64,000 nucleotides of DNA, taken from NCBI GenBank assembly GCA_951406725.2, contig OX597815.1:29202001-29266000 (forward strand), written 5' to 3'. This DNA is from Octopus vulgaris. Its lineage: Eukaryota. Below are positions 1-12,944 of the stretch, piece by piece; the stretch's first letter is position 1; the number at the start of each line of letters is the position of its first letter. The position numbers were made by a program, and so were the translations under genes. The notes under the pieces are model-generated. The model ran no database searches. It had not been told where the DNA came from and worked only from the letters and a program-made list of their open reading frames with translations.

Positions 1-218
1 ACTTAAAGTCCCTAATGTGTAATCTATGCTGAAAAAGTACATTTCTCATCAGGAAAGGGTTTAATAGTCTCTCACACTTGCCCTACAATGTCATTCTAGA
101 AATAAACATTCACATCCACTGAAATTTCAAAGCTAAAGATAATGTATTATAAATTCAAAACAATGTAGATAAATAAGCATCACCATAAGACAGAGGAATC
201 TGATTGCTAAAGGGTTAA

Positions 219-425
219 CCCTTTCGTTACTGTATTTATTTTGAGATGCTCTGTGTTTCTTTCAATTAATTTTAAATGTAACAAAGAATTTAATAAAATA
301 ACTTAGTTATCATACAGCCAGTGTTAGGAACATAAATTGTGGAAGATTTTAATTCAAAACTTATGAAAACATGACATTTGTTCTCAGAGCCAGAGCCGGT
401 TTCAGCTGGGTTGGTAATGAAAGGG
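219..425. mobile_element. piggyBac-type MITE
   Basis: TIRs CCCTTTCGTTAC / GTAATGAAAGGG flanked by TTAA at 215-218 and 426-429. It abuts another element ending AAAGGG|TTAA (ending at 214; related copy at ~32230-32438). A decayed copy lies at ~10700-10915. Confidence 0.75.
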
Positions 426-437
426 TTAAATACATAC

Positions 438-567
438 TGAAAGATATCTTTGTCAGGATTAAAATATGAAGAGGACATTATGTTATCTATGAGCAGAAAC
501 ATGGCTGATAATATGCCAAGGTCCAGTATTATTTTATTATATAAATTCTTGCTTTCTTTAGCAATTT
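438..567 (-). CDS. candidate internal exon of an unidentified gene (130 nt, phase 1 to 2)
   Basis: Acceptor TTTTTACAG|, donor |GTATGT, open frame xIAKESKNLYNKIILDLGILSAMFLLIDNIMSSSYFNPDKDIFx in non-repeat sequence. No homology recognised. Confidence 0.3.
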
Positions 568-928
568 CTGTAAAAATTCAGAACCAGATTGTTTCATTTC
601 CTTTGAAATACAAATCAATCTGACTCTCCTGTCCACTTGAGTGATGGGTAACCAAGTCACTGATTGACTGCCTGAAGTTTGTGTAGCAAATGATTTCTTT
701 CAACTTCTTCATTTATTTGTTTCAGTCACTGGACTGTGGCCATACTTGGGCACCACCCTGAAAGGTTTGGTCAAACAAATCAACTCCAGAAATATAAGTA
801 TTTTTTTTTAAAGTCTGGTACTTATTCTCTTATCTTTTGCTGAACCACTAAATCAAGGGAACATAAACAAACTAATACCCGTTATTAAATGATGGGACGG
901 AGAGTAAACACAAGGATGCACATACACA

Positions 929-931
<3 letters not shown>

Positions 932-1005
<74 letters not shown>
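932..1005. repeat. (GT)n-(GA)n compound microsatellite
   Basis: Direct reading. Confidence 0.95.
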
Positions 1006-1008
<3 letters not shown>

Positions 1009-1136
1009 TTGAGTTCAATTTCATCCTTTTACTTTGGGGTGGGGTTCAAAGTTAGATTTCTAATAAAATTTTTCATATTAAATTTGTAGCTTAATATTCT
1101 AAGTATTTTAACAAAAAAATATGAAAATTTTACAAG

Positions 1137-2351
1137 TATAAGGTGTGTTATGAACATTTATAGAACACGTATGCTATATAAACTCAATAATTAAATTAAT
1201 TTAATTACATATTATCATTCTCCTCAGTGCAAAAAGAATACATCTGAAAAGTAGTATCAGAAGAATATTATGTTGTTAAAGAAGATGGTATGGAGTCTGT
1301 GTCACATAACTCATTCGGATATTTAAACCTTTTACATTGTATACCACTCATCATATATAAATTTAAATATAGTTATGATGTCCCATTGGACGCTAATTTT
1401 TTTATATGTATACACATATGTATATGTGGATATATATGCACATATTGTGTGGGTACATGCATGTATGTGTATATGTATGTGTGTGTATATACATATATAT
1501 ATATATATATGTTTATGTGCATGTGCCTATGTGTGTGTATATTATCATCATCATCATTGTTTAATGTCCGCTTTCCATGCTAGCATGGGTTGTATGATTT
1601 GACTGAGGACTGGTGAACCAGATGGCTACACCAGGCTCCAATCTGATCTGGCAGAGTTTCTACAGCTGGATGCCCTTCCTAATGCCAACCACTCCGAGAG
1701 TGTAATGGGTACTTTTACGTGCCACCGGCACGAGGCCAATCAAGTGATACTGGCAACAGCCACGCTCAAATGGTGCTTTTTTACATGCCACCTGCACAGG
1801 AGCCAATCCAGCAGCACTGGCAATGACCTCACTTCAATCTTCTTTCACGTGCCACCAGCACAAGTGCCAGTAAGTATGATAAATGCTTTATATGGTATTT
1901 CACTATATTAATTATCCTCATATAGAGAAAATGTTTCTTAAACTTTTTTCACTTATATTTCAAATATCTGTTAGCCAAATCAGTTTTAGGTTTTACACAA
2001 TTGGACTCAACACTACCTAAGCACGTTAATATATATTTCAACTTTCATAATCATTTTATGAATATACAAATCAGTTATGTGACACGGACTCCATATAGTC
2101 TTCTGTAACAACGTAATATTCTACTGATACTACCCTTCAGATGTATTCTTTTTGCACTGAGGAGAATGGTAATACGTAATTAAATTAATTTAATTATAAT
2201 TAATTTAACTTTTTCCATGTTTCTTACATTGTGTTACCATTCAAAACAATTGTACGCATGGATTAAAATTTTATAAAACTTTTAACATCTCTTCTCCATC
2301 TTTGTTTGTTGAGTTTATATAGGATATGTGTTCTATAAATGGTCATAACAC

Positions 2352-2359
<8 letters not shown>
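1137..2359. repeat. long inverted repeat / foldback-like element
   Basis: 1137-1323 is the reverse complement of 2061-2359, the right arm carrying an ~110-bp insertion. The interior holds a microsatellite and an RTE 3' end. Confidence 0.75.
1545..1875 (-). mobile_element. RTE LINE 3' UTR fragment
   Basis: Reverse complement of 50470-50826, including the (GAT)n tail. Further copies at ~3730-3920, 6797-7143, 10925-11250, 14100-14296, 31360-31585, 31660-31890, 32642-32940, 37690-37892, 47585-47675 and 51532-51805. Confidence 0.85.
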
Positions 2360-2387
<28 letters not shown>

Positions 2388-2390
<3 letters not shown>

Positions 2391-2685
2391 GAAGATTGAC
2401 TGTAACCATAACTCGAATTATTACAAATTGGACAGCCATGAAACGATCATAGTGTTTTACTCATTATCTTTTATTAAACTTTTAATACTTTTGATATATA
2501 TTTAAAATAATATAAATTAATTAATTTTATGTATTGGCTTAAGTTTTTCATTGTTTGATTTGCCTAATAGTGGTTATATCTCTAATTTAATATGATATAA
2601 AATTTTACTATAAAATTGTATTCAATCCTAAATCTGAATACAATTTCCCTGTAAGTTTGGATTTATTCCCTAATATTTTATTATA
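2388..2685 (+). mobile_element. Penelope-like terminal-repeat remnant in (TA)n
   Basis: (TA)n on both sides; begins with a hammerhead-like CTGAAGA...GAAAC; related in reverse to 47705-47960 and 53881-53946. Confidence 0.5.
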
Positions 2686-2692
2686 TATATAT

Positions 2693-3073
2693 ATATAAAA
2701 AGATGAGTATGTGTGTCTGTGTGAATCCCTAAACTTTGAGAACAACACAACCAATTTCATTCAAATTTTACACATGCCTTACTTAGGGTCCATGTAGTGT
2801 CATGGGCAAGAAATTTTTTAACTTCTTGCCTAGTGTGAGCCCACAGCAATATCATAACTTCTCCACTCTTTCAGTATTACGTGTCAAAAGTGAAACAATA
2901 ACATCTCTCTATTGTGATATCAGATGCTTTCACTTTAATAGTTTCACTTTAATAGTTTCATTATTAAAGTGAAACTATTAAAGCATAAGTATCTGACATT
3001 GCAATAGAGAGATGTTATTGTTTCACTTTTGACACGTAATACTGAAATAGTGGAGAAGATATGATACTGCTGT
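2693..3073 (+). mobile_element. non-autonomous Helitron-like 5' portion with an internal ~230-bp palindrome
   Basis: ATATATAAAA-x-GTGTGTCTGT head like the 45492-45923 element; near-perfect palindrome at 2843-3073; no CTRR 3' end seen. Confidence 0.45.
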
Positions 3074-3109
3074 ATTATCTCACATATATACAAGCATACA
3101 TATATACAT

Positions 3110-3153
<44 letters not shown>

Positions 3154-3657
3154 TGCACAAATATATATATATATATAGATGTATATATATATATATACAT
3201 GTATATGTATAGCTGTATATGTATATATGTATATACACATATATATATTCCGCAAAAAGATCTCAAATTTTATTTAATTTGCTTTTCGCGAGAAGAAAAG
3301 TTTCTATCGAAGATGTGTATCACCTTCACCTTCGAAACACAGAGTAGATGAAACCATGCCGACTGAAGAAGGGGAATTTTCCTTGTGTTATTTGTCCTGT
3401 ACTCTATTTTTTTGTTGTTTAAGAAAAATGTCCAGTTCCTTGGTTTTGTGTTTATGTTTTCGTTTTTCATTGTGTTCGACGTTTTTTTTTTTGTGTCCTG
3501 TACCCATATATGCGTGTATATATACATGTAGAGGTAGGTACGTCCATATATGTATGTATATATACATATGTTTTATTTATTAATTTATTATATGACGGAA
3601 CGCACGCATCCATTTCTAAGTAAGATTGTTCTTGATACATATATATGTATCTATACA

Positions 3658-3713
<56 letters not shown>

Positions 3714-3954
3714 TATATACATATGTGTGTGTTGCCAGCGCCGCCCCAACTGGCCTTGTGCCGGTGGCACGTAAAAAGCACCATCCATTCGTGGTCATTG
3801 CCAGCCTCGCCTGGCCCCCGTGCCTTCTGGTGCAGCCTTCTGGCTTCCCAGACCCCAGTTGAACCGTCCAACCCATGCTAGCATGGAAAACGGACGCTAA
3901 ACGATGATGATTACGATGATGACACATACACATACATATGTGTGAGAGTGTATG

Positions 3955-4188
3955 TATTTCTTTACTACCCACAAGGGGCTAAACACAGAGGGGACAAACA
4001 AGGACAGACAAACGGCTTAAGTCGATTACATCAACCCCAGTGCGTAACTGGTACTTAATTTATCGACCCCGAAAGGATGAAAGGCAAAGTCGACCTCGGC
4101 GGAATTTGAACCCAGAATGTAATGGCAGACGAAATAAGGCTACACATTTCGCCCGGCGTGCTAACGTTTCTGCTAGCTCGCCGCCTTA
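3955..4188 (-). mobile_element. tRNA-derived SINE, family B (central GCCTTTCATCCTTTCGGGGTCGATAAATTAAGTACCAG, Meta/Nin-like domain)
   Basis: Pol III-like head with GGGTTCAAATTCC B box; 18-bp TSD TATGTGTGAGAGTGTATG at 3937-3954 and 4189-4206. Confidence 0.85.
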
Positions 4189-4502
4189 TATGTGTGAGAG
4201 TGTATGGCTTAGTGGTTAGAGTGCTGCACTCACAATCTAGCGATTGTGATTGCAATTCCTAGACTGGGTGGTGTTCTGGGTGGAGCAAACCGCTTCATCT
4301 CACGTTGCTCTGTGATCACTTCAACACCTAGCATGTTCAGACAATGCACCTGTTCAGACAATGTCAATTTGATGGAGAGTGTGAGCTTATGTGTGCCACA
4401 AGCATTTGATCCCTATAAACTATAAAAAGCTGAACACTCAATCGTCATCTTCAATGGGAAAGTCCATCATATACATATACACAACAGACTTCCACAGTTT
4501 CT

Positions 4503-4730
4503 TATTTCTTTACTGCCCACAAGGGGCTACACACAAACAAGGGACAAACAAGACAAACAGATTAAATCAATTATATCGACCCCAGTGCGTAACAGGTCCT
4601 TATTTAATCGACCCCGAAAGAATGAAAGGCAAAGTTGACCTCGGCAGAATTTGAACTCAGAACGTAGCGGCAGACGAAATACCGCTAAGCATTTCGCCCG
4701 GCGTGCTAACATTTCTGCCAGCTCACCGCC
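4503..4730 (-). mobile_element. SINE family B
   Basis: Same consensus; 13-bp TSD TTCCACAGTTTCT at 4490-4502 and 4731-4743. Other copies at ~17552-17745, 19884-20060, 24465-24665, 24930-25115, 60520-60752 and 63450-63655. Confidence 0.85.
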
Positions 4731-5479
4731 TTCCACAGTTTCTATCTACCAAATTCACTCACAAGGCATTGGTCAGCCTAGGGCTATAGTAGAAGACAAT
4801 TGCCAAAGTGCTCCACAGTGGGAGTAAGACATGCTGCTTAGAAATTCAAAAGTTTCACCTAGGGGGATGTTTCATCTTTACCCTCCTAATCATCATGTAT
4901 TTCCAAGTCCATCTCTTCCAGGAAGGTTCTTTCGATTGTGGGGCGCCCATGTCGCTCAAAATAAAGGTGAAATAAAGCGGCTTGCTCAAGGACACAACAC
5001 GCTGCCAGTGATCGAACCTTCGACTCTACGATCGTAAGTAGAATATCCTAACTAATAAGTCACGCACCTTCACGTATGCACACACACACACACATTGAGA
5101 CCCACCTTCGGTCATGACTGACCATGGGATTGCACCTAGAAAGTTACCCTCCCAGGTACAAGTCCAGGCAAGGTTGTTTAAGGAAGACCATCAGTCGCCC
5201 ATGCATACTGGCCTCCCCTCTCCATGCCACTGGTGTTATCCAAGGGAAAAGGCAAAAGGCCAGTTCAGTTTGGCACCTGTGACGTTGCAACTCATTTCTA
5301 TAGCTGAGTGGACTGAAGCAACGTGAAATAAAGTGTCTTGCTCAAGAACACAACACGCAGATCGGTCCGGGATTTGAACTCACAACCTCACGATCGGAAG
5401 CTCGACGGTCTAATCACTGAGCCACGCGCCTTTACATACATACATATGCACACACATATACGCGTACACACACATTTGA

Positions 5480-5524
<45 letters not shown>

Positions 5525-5561
5525 ATTATTTGAGGAAATATTATTCCTAAATTACAGGGAA

Positions 5562-5592
<31 letters not shown>

Positions 5593-5885
5593 GCGAAAAC
5601 ACCTAAAAGCTCCACGAGGCTCCAGCAGGGGATGGTGGTGATCCCTGCTGTACTCTTTCACCACAACTTTCTCTCACTCTTACTTCCTGTTTCTGTTGTA
5701 CCTGTATTTCAAGGGGCCGGCCATGTCACTCTCTGTGTCACGCTGAATATCCCCGAGAACTACGTTAAGGGTGCACGTGTCTGTGGAGTGCTCAGCCACT
5801 AACACGTTAATTTCACGAGCAGGCTGTTCCATTGATTCGGATCAACCAGAACCCTCATCGTCGTAACCGACGGAGTGCTTCCACA
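5593..5885 (+). mobile_element. SINE family C, 5'-truncated
   Basis: Matches the reverse complement of 33450-33740. Confidence 0.8.
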
Positions 5886-7149
5886 CCAAGTCCATCTCAC
5901 CTTCACTAACAATTAATCTATACGAGGGGCATATTCTTCATCAGAGAAGGATTTTCTTCAGAAGCAACATGTCTCATTTTCTTCTATAATCTTTAAGATC
6001 ACCAGTTATCATGACAATAATGCTTTCAAGCTAACGAGAGAACTCTTCACTTGGTCACATGACCGGCTACAAATAGCAGCCAAATATCCTCATTATACAT
6101 CCTACTGTTTTAAAGGACACAATGTCTGAATGTGAGACAGGATGCTCATGGCTGGAATGACTTTGATCACGAGTTTACTTAATCAGGGTTACTTGGACTT
6201 AACAATGAGAATATTACTGTTCTCGTTTCCCAAAGCAGCCTCTATAAGATCTTAAGAAATCTGGTCATTTTGCTAAGACAATATGACAAAATCACAGGTG
6301 TCACCATGTTGTTCTATTACTAAACTGAGGTGTCACCATGTTGTTCTATTACTAATCACTTTCTAAATTATTCTGGTTAACTGAAACCAACAAGGGACCT
6401 TCTCGATAAAAGCTCTATCTAGGCGCTCAACCTGCTTGAAATAGAAACCAAATTCTCTTAAATCACATTCCACAATCTTATAAAAAAGAAGGATACATCC
6501 TCTTTTCCATGCTTGCATGAGTCAGATGAATTTTCTTTGGACCTTCCTACCATGAGTCATTTTTGTTTCCACACAAGATAATAATCAGTCAATTCCATTG
6601 AATAAACAAACAGTTTGGACATGTTTACACGGAGAAACGGAAACAAACAACACAAAACAAATTAGCCTTATGTTTTCAAAGATCATGCAACATGCCAAAA
6701 CAAGTCAAGAAACCCAAATATGTTTACACAACTGACAGCTGATAACAACATTCTGAGTAATGCCACTGTTAACAACCAACAAATACACATAAACATGAGG
6801 CGGTACTGGCAATGACCTCGCTCAAATCTTTTTACACATGCCACCGGCACAGCTACCAATAAAGCGACGTTGGTAATGATCACGCTCAAATGGTGCCCTT
6901 TTACATGCCACCGGCACGGAAGCCAGTTAGCTGCTCTGGCAACGATCACGCTCGGGTGGTGCTCTTGGCACCCTACTAGCATGGGCACAAGTGCCAGTAA
7001 GGCGACACTGGTAATGATCACACTCAAGTGGTGCCTTTTATGTGCCACTGGCACAGAAGCTGGTTAGCTGCTCTGTCAACGATCATACTCGTATGGTGCT
7101 CTTTGCACCCCGCTAGCATCGAATTTGATTTTGATTTTGATTCATCTAA

Positions 7150-7275
7150 AGCAAAATTTTTCAGGGGCCCTTGAAATACTATTGTAGATTCACAATTTAC
7201 TATTTTGTTGCGTAGACCCCCAAAAATCTTACATGGACCCTCAGGGGCCATATGAGCACTGGTTGAGAACCTCTG
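7150..7275. mobile_element. hAT (Charlie-like) MITE fragment
   Basis: Ends GGTTGAGAACCTCTG, the reverse complement of a CAGNGGTTCTCAACC-type TIR. The other end was not seen. Confidence 0.5.
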
Positions 7276-8193
7276 CTCTACACCTATGCTACTCACCCAG
7301 AATTTCTACTTGTACTATTTGCCTGTGAGAATTCTGGATGAAACACTTCTCAAATCTCAATCCAAATACACAGCATGCTTTCACTAGCTACCCAGCTTAA
7401 CATTGCATATACAGATACAGAAAGGCAGTGCACCAGCATGGTTTTGGCTATGGTGACTGAAACAAACAAAAGAATAAATATGGTGGATATATGCATTGTG
7501 GCAAAACAAGTGTATGTAATATGATTATAGAAAAGTGGCTGTGTGGTTAAAAAGCTTGCTTCCCAACAGTGTGTTTTAGGGTTCAGTCCTACAATGTGCA
7601 ACCTTTGGCAAGTGTCTTCTACTACAGACCTGGGTTAACTAAAACCTTGTGAGTGGATTTGGTAGGCAGAAACTGAAAGAAGCTTGTTGTTTAGGAACTG
7701 AAAGACTGGCACTTGTATCAGTGACACATAAAAAGCAACCATACTTGTGACACATAAAAGACACACAGTGCACTTTGTAGAGCAGTTGGAGTTAGGAAGG
7801 GCATCCAGCCATAGAAACCAGGCCAAAACAGACTGAAGCCTGGTCGAGCTCTCCAGTTTATCAATTCCAGTTAAACCATCTAACCCATGCCAACATGGAA
7901 AATGGACGTTAAAGCTTGATGATGATATATATATACATACATGTGCATGTAAATATGTGTGGGTGTATATGTGTGAACCCTTGTTCTGACACCACCATGT
8001 GGTTGTTGTAAACAAGCATCATCATCATACAAGCAATTATTATTTGTTTCCAGTCATCTATAAAAAAGCATATCGAGCCATGTGAAATATTACCTCACTG
8101 GAAACATATGAGGATTGCTGACAGGAAGAACATTCAGCTGTAGAAAATCTGTCCCAATAAAATTCTATCTGACCCTTGTATGCATGGAAAAGT

Positions 8194-8590
8194 GGCAGGA
8201 ATGGCTGTGTGGTAAGTAGCTTGTTTACCAACCACATGGTTCCGGGTTCAGTCCCACTGCGTGGCACCTTGGGCAAGTGTCTTCTACTATAACCTCGGGC
8301 TGACCAAAGCCTTGTGAGTGGATTTGGTACACGGAAACTGAAAGAAGCCTGTCGTATATATGTATATATATATATGCGTGTGTGTGTTTGTGTGTCTGTG
8401 TTTGTCCCCCGAGCATTGCTTGACAACCGATGCTGGTGTGTTTATGTCCCCGTTACTTAGCAGTTCGGCAAAAGAGACCGATAGAAAAAGTACTGGGCTT
8501 ACAAAGAATAAGTCCCGGGGTCGAGTTGCTCGATTAAAGGTGGTGCTCCAGCATGGCCACAGTCAAATGACTGAAACAAGTAAAAAAAAA
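8194..8590 (+). mobile_element. tRNA-derived CORE-type SINE, family A
   Basis: A/B-box-like head (TGGCTGTGTGG, GGTTCAGTCCC), ACCTTGGGCAAGT core, internal (TA)/(TG) tract. Confidence 0.85.
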
Positions 8591-9642
8591 TAGTGATGAA
8601 TGTTTGTAAATTCTGTGTTTTAGGGCCAGTTTTCCACCTAGATAACTGAAATTTAGCATAGGGAGAAAGGAACATCTTTCCAAGGAGAAGGCCAGAAACT
8701 GTATCAATTATTAATTTCTATATTGCTGTACTCAAGAAGACCTACCCATCACAACAGACTTAGATCCTAAAACCAAGGTGCCACATTAAAAGCATTGATG
8801 TGGGTACTGGTGCCATGTAAAAAGCACTAGTGCTGGTGCCCCTTAAAAAGTACAGGTGATGGTGACACATAAAAAAGCACCCAGTACACTCTGTGAAGTG
8901 CTTGGTGTTAGGAAGGGCATCCAGTGGTTAAAACCAAGCCAAAACAGACTATAGAACCTGGTGCGGCCCCTAGCATTGCCAATTCCTGTCAAGCAATCTA
9001 ACCCATGCCGGCATTGAAAACAGACATTAAATGATGATGATGATGATGATGATGATGATTGTTTATTATTTTGTTTGATATTTATGTTTTATAAAGCTCA
9101 ACTTGAACGTTCTTCTGAATTGCTTGGATGCAAACAGTTCTGAGTGAACTGACATTTCCAGACCAACTAAAGATTGTTTTTTATCGTTTACGTATTTCAC
9201 TCATTGGACTGCAGCCATGCTGGGGCACTGCTTTGAAGTATTTTAGTCAAACGAATCAACCCAGTACTTATGTTTTTAAAGCCTGGTACTTATTCCATCG
9301 GTATTTTTTGCTGAACAGCTAAGTTATAGGGCCATAAACAAACCAGCACAAACATAAATACATACATACACACACACACATACATACATATGCATTCACG
9401 CATGGACTTACACAACAACAGGCTTCTTCCAGTTTCTGTCAATCATATCCACTCACAAGGCATTTGTATAGGCCTAGGGCTATTGTAGAAGACACTCGCA
9501 CAAACTGCTGCACTGTGGGATTGAACACTGATCCTTCAACCAAGAAGTTGGGAGGTATACATCTTACCACATAGATACACCTGCACCTATCAGCATCTTT
9601 TTAAAGCAATTTATCTAAAATATAGCAAATCCATATGATTGA

Positions 9643-10030
9643 GGCGCAGGAGTGGCTGTGTGGTAAGTAGCTTGTTTACCAACCACATGGTTCCGGGTTC
9701 AGTCCCACTGCATGGCACCTTGGGCAAGTGTCTTCTACTATAGCCTCGGGCCGACCAAAGCCTTGTGAGTGGATTTGGTAGACGGAAACTGAAAGAAGCA
9801 CGTCGTATATATGTATATATATATATATGCGTGTGTGTTTGTGTGTCTGTGTTTGTCCCCCCTAGCTTGACAACCGATGCTGGTTATCGACGTTACTTAG
9901 CGGTTCGGCAAAAGAGACCGATAGAATAAGTACTGGGCTTACAAAAGAATAAGTCCCGGGGTCGAGTTGCTCGATTAAAGGCGGTGCTCCAGCATGGCCG
10001 CAATCAAACGACTGAAACAAGTAAAAGAGA
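9643..10030 (+). mobile_element. SINE family A
   Basis: Near-identical to 8194-8590. Other copies at 15972-16380, 20650-21183 (-), 30981-31335, 34185-34612, 60244-61085 and 61485-61695. Confidence 0.9.
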
Positions 10031-11640
10031 GAGAGAGTATGTCTTTTAGGTATTAATAAACCTAAGAAAGGCCAGATACAACTGGTTATTATTAAACTCA
10101 TTATGAAGTTGCACAATGCATTAACATAACATGTGGATGGTTAGGGCATGTAGATTGACAGACAGAAAAACAGGCAGACATGCAGAGAAAATTATGGGGA
10201 AAACAACACACATACACACCTTCTAACTTGAGAAATTCAATACAACTGCTCCTCTACTTAATTGGGATTGGCCATCACTCACACACGCACACACACACTG
10301 TATATGTGAGTAGTGAGTACAAGAATACAGTGATATAATGAATGCATGTCTAGCACTAGCGTCAAAATTCGAAAGCAATATTACAAGTGTGTGTGTGTGT
10401 GTGTGTGTATACATATGTGAGAATGTACAATTGCATATGTGTAAGTGTACTGTGTGGACATAATTGTTAGACATGGTTAAATTGTTATGTAACAGCAAAT
10501 TTGAATTCTGACGCCAATTTGACAACTACTAATGTGAAAATAGCAAATCTAGCAAATCTAATGTATTTTTATATTTTCTATTACTAATTTTTAATGAGAG
10601 AAAACGTTTGTATAAAATCATTCACTGTAAAGTGACACACATCACAGAATAGGAGGTAAACAATAACCATGTCAAGACTTGGATATGGTTTCAATTACAG
10701 GTTGAAACTTATCGAGACATGCTCCATGTTTCTTTCAATTAATTTTAAATATAACAAAGAATTTAGTAAAATAACTTAGTTATCATTAAGTTAGTGTTAA
10801 GACCATAAATAGTGACTAAAGTTTGGAAGATTTTAATTCTGACCTTTTGAAAACAAGACATTTTTACTAGAGCCAGAGGAAGCTTCAGCTTGCTTGGTAT
10901 CAAATGGTTTAACATTAACATCCAGTGCCAGTGGCACGTAAAAGGGCACCATTTCGAACGTGATCGTTACCAAAGTCGCCTTACTGGCACCTGTGCTGGT
11001 GGCATGTGTAAAAGGATTCGAGCGAGGTCGTTGCCAGTACCGCCTGACTGGCCCCCGTGCCGGTGGCACGTAAAAAGCACCCACTACACTCTCGGAGTGG
11101 TTGGCGTTAGGAAGAGCATCCAGCTGTAGAAACTCTGCCAAATCAAGATCAGAGCCTGGTGCAACCATCTGGTTCGCCAGCCCTCAGTCAAAATCATCCA
11201 ACCCATGCTAGCATGGAAAGCGGACGTTAAACGCTGATGATGATGATCCATTCTGGGTTGCTTTAGCATGAGTTCATTTTATTGTAAGCATTGGAAATCA
11301 GACCCTTGCTTCCTTCTCTTTCCAGATTTTCAACAATGGACATCATGCTTCAATGGTTGCCCTTCCATCTCTAACTTTTAAAAAACATTTGTGATTTAAG
11401 GCATTTCACTTGGTACTTATTACTGGAGAAAAGCATAAACATCACATTTTTTCTCCCCGTTACCCATAGTATAGGAGAAAGTAATTTTAGCTTATTCAAA
11501 AGGAATCAGAGTTATTTATCATAGAGCAAGCATTATACCTGATGTAAACCTCAAAATATAACTTAAATTTTTGAAAAGAAACTTTTAACGCACAAATGCA
11601 TAAACTAACAATTCACCACAAAATATTATAACAATGAAGA

Positions 11641-12944
11641 AATGAGCTGTGACCCAAAATGTTTCATGAAACGTTTTGTAGTTGTAAAATAACAATTAAC
11701 ATCATCTCCTTCAAAATAGTCACCTCATGCAGCAATACACCGGTCCCAGCATTCCTACCACTTTTGGAATCCAGCCTAGAAGTTGTTTTCTGTAAGCAAG
11801 TCAAGGATCTTCTGCGATTCGCTCTGGATCTTGACAATAGTGTTGAAATGGTGACCTCTGAGCTGCCTTTTCATTTTGGGCAAGAGATGTTAAGTTCACA
11901 GGTGCTAAATCTGGCAAATAGGGTGGGTGCAGAAGCAACATCACATTGTTGTTGACAAGGAGCTCATGAGTGAGGAGAGCTCAGTGATGGTGCACTGTCG
12001 TTGTGAAGAATCCAGTTCGTTGCACTCCACAGATCTGGTCACTTTTGCTGAACATCCTCCCTAAAACACTTCAAAATGTCACAGAAATCTCAATTGAAGG
12101 TCTGGCCCTGGGGGACGAATTATCAATGCACAATAATACAGATGTCAAAAAAATGATGATCATACTTTTGATTGAGCTGTGACTCTGTCAAACTTTCTTT
12201 GGTCGTGGAGATGAAGGGCTCTTCCATCGTGACGACTGCTGCATCATCTCAGGGTCATACCTGTAGACCCAACTCTCATCACCGGTGATGATCACCAACA
12301 TGAAGGATCGATCAGCAGCAGCATGCTGACAGAGATTCTGACAGGCTTCAACGTGTTCTTTCTGCTCAGTGGTCAGCAGGTGGGGGACAAATTTGGCAAA
12401 GACACACCGCATGTTTAATTCAGACATTAGGATTGTCTGCACGGACCCATATGACAAACCAGCAACATCAGCAATGTCATTGATTGTCCTCAGACAATCC
12501 TCATGCAGAACCTGGGGAATTTTCTCCACATTTCCAGGGGTGATTCTTGTGGCAGGTCTTCCAGATCACTCATTGTCTTCCAGGTACATTTTTCCGCTTT
12601 TGAAGCACCTGTGTCACTCAAAACATTGTGTACAACCCATTGCCTCATTGCTGTAAGCTTGCCAAAGCATGCTCAATGTCTCTGTAGCAGACTTCCCAAG
12701 ACTAACACAAAATTTCACGTTGGCTCTTAGTTCCAACTTCCTGTCCATGACAAAATCATAGACTACAGCGTACACGTGATCACAAAAACACAAATTTCAC
12801 AAGTTGCAAAGTAAACACAGCAATGTCACTCAGCACACTGCCTCATGAAGGTCACTGCTAGCTCTTACTACACACGCAACCATGTGCTGCCATCTGTTGG
12901 CATGCTACAGAACTAGTCCGAGAACTTTGTGATACTACCTCATA
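11641..12944 (-). mobile_element. decayed full-length mariner (DD34D) transposon
   Basis: FAKFVPHLLT, IITGDESWVYRYDPE and C-terminal RWDRCIAA*GDYFEGD; degenerate TIRs; ~1.3 kb; stops and frameshifts. Confidence 0.9.

Noticed and set aside
3955-4188. SINE heads as tRNA genes
   Set aside because: A/B-box-like motifs only; no cloverleaf, and they continue into SINE bodies with TSDs.
6296-6355. 28-bp direct duplication
   Set aside because: Ordinary local tandem duplication with no further structure.
7291-7370. GTGAGT donor with an open upstream frame on the minus strand
   Set aside because: No convincing acceptor or homology; such sites are expected by chance.
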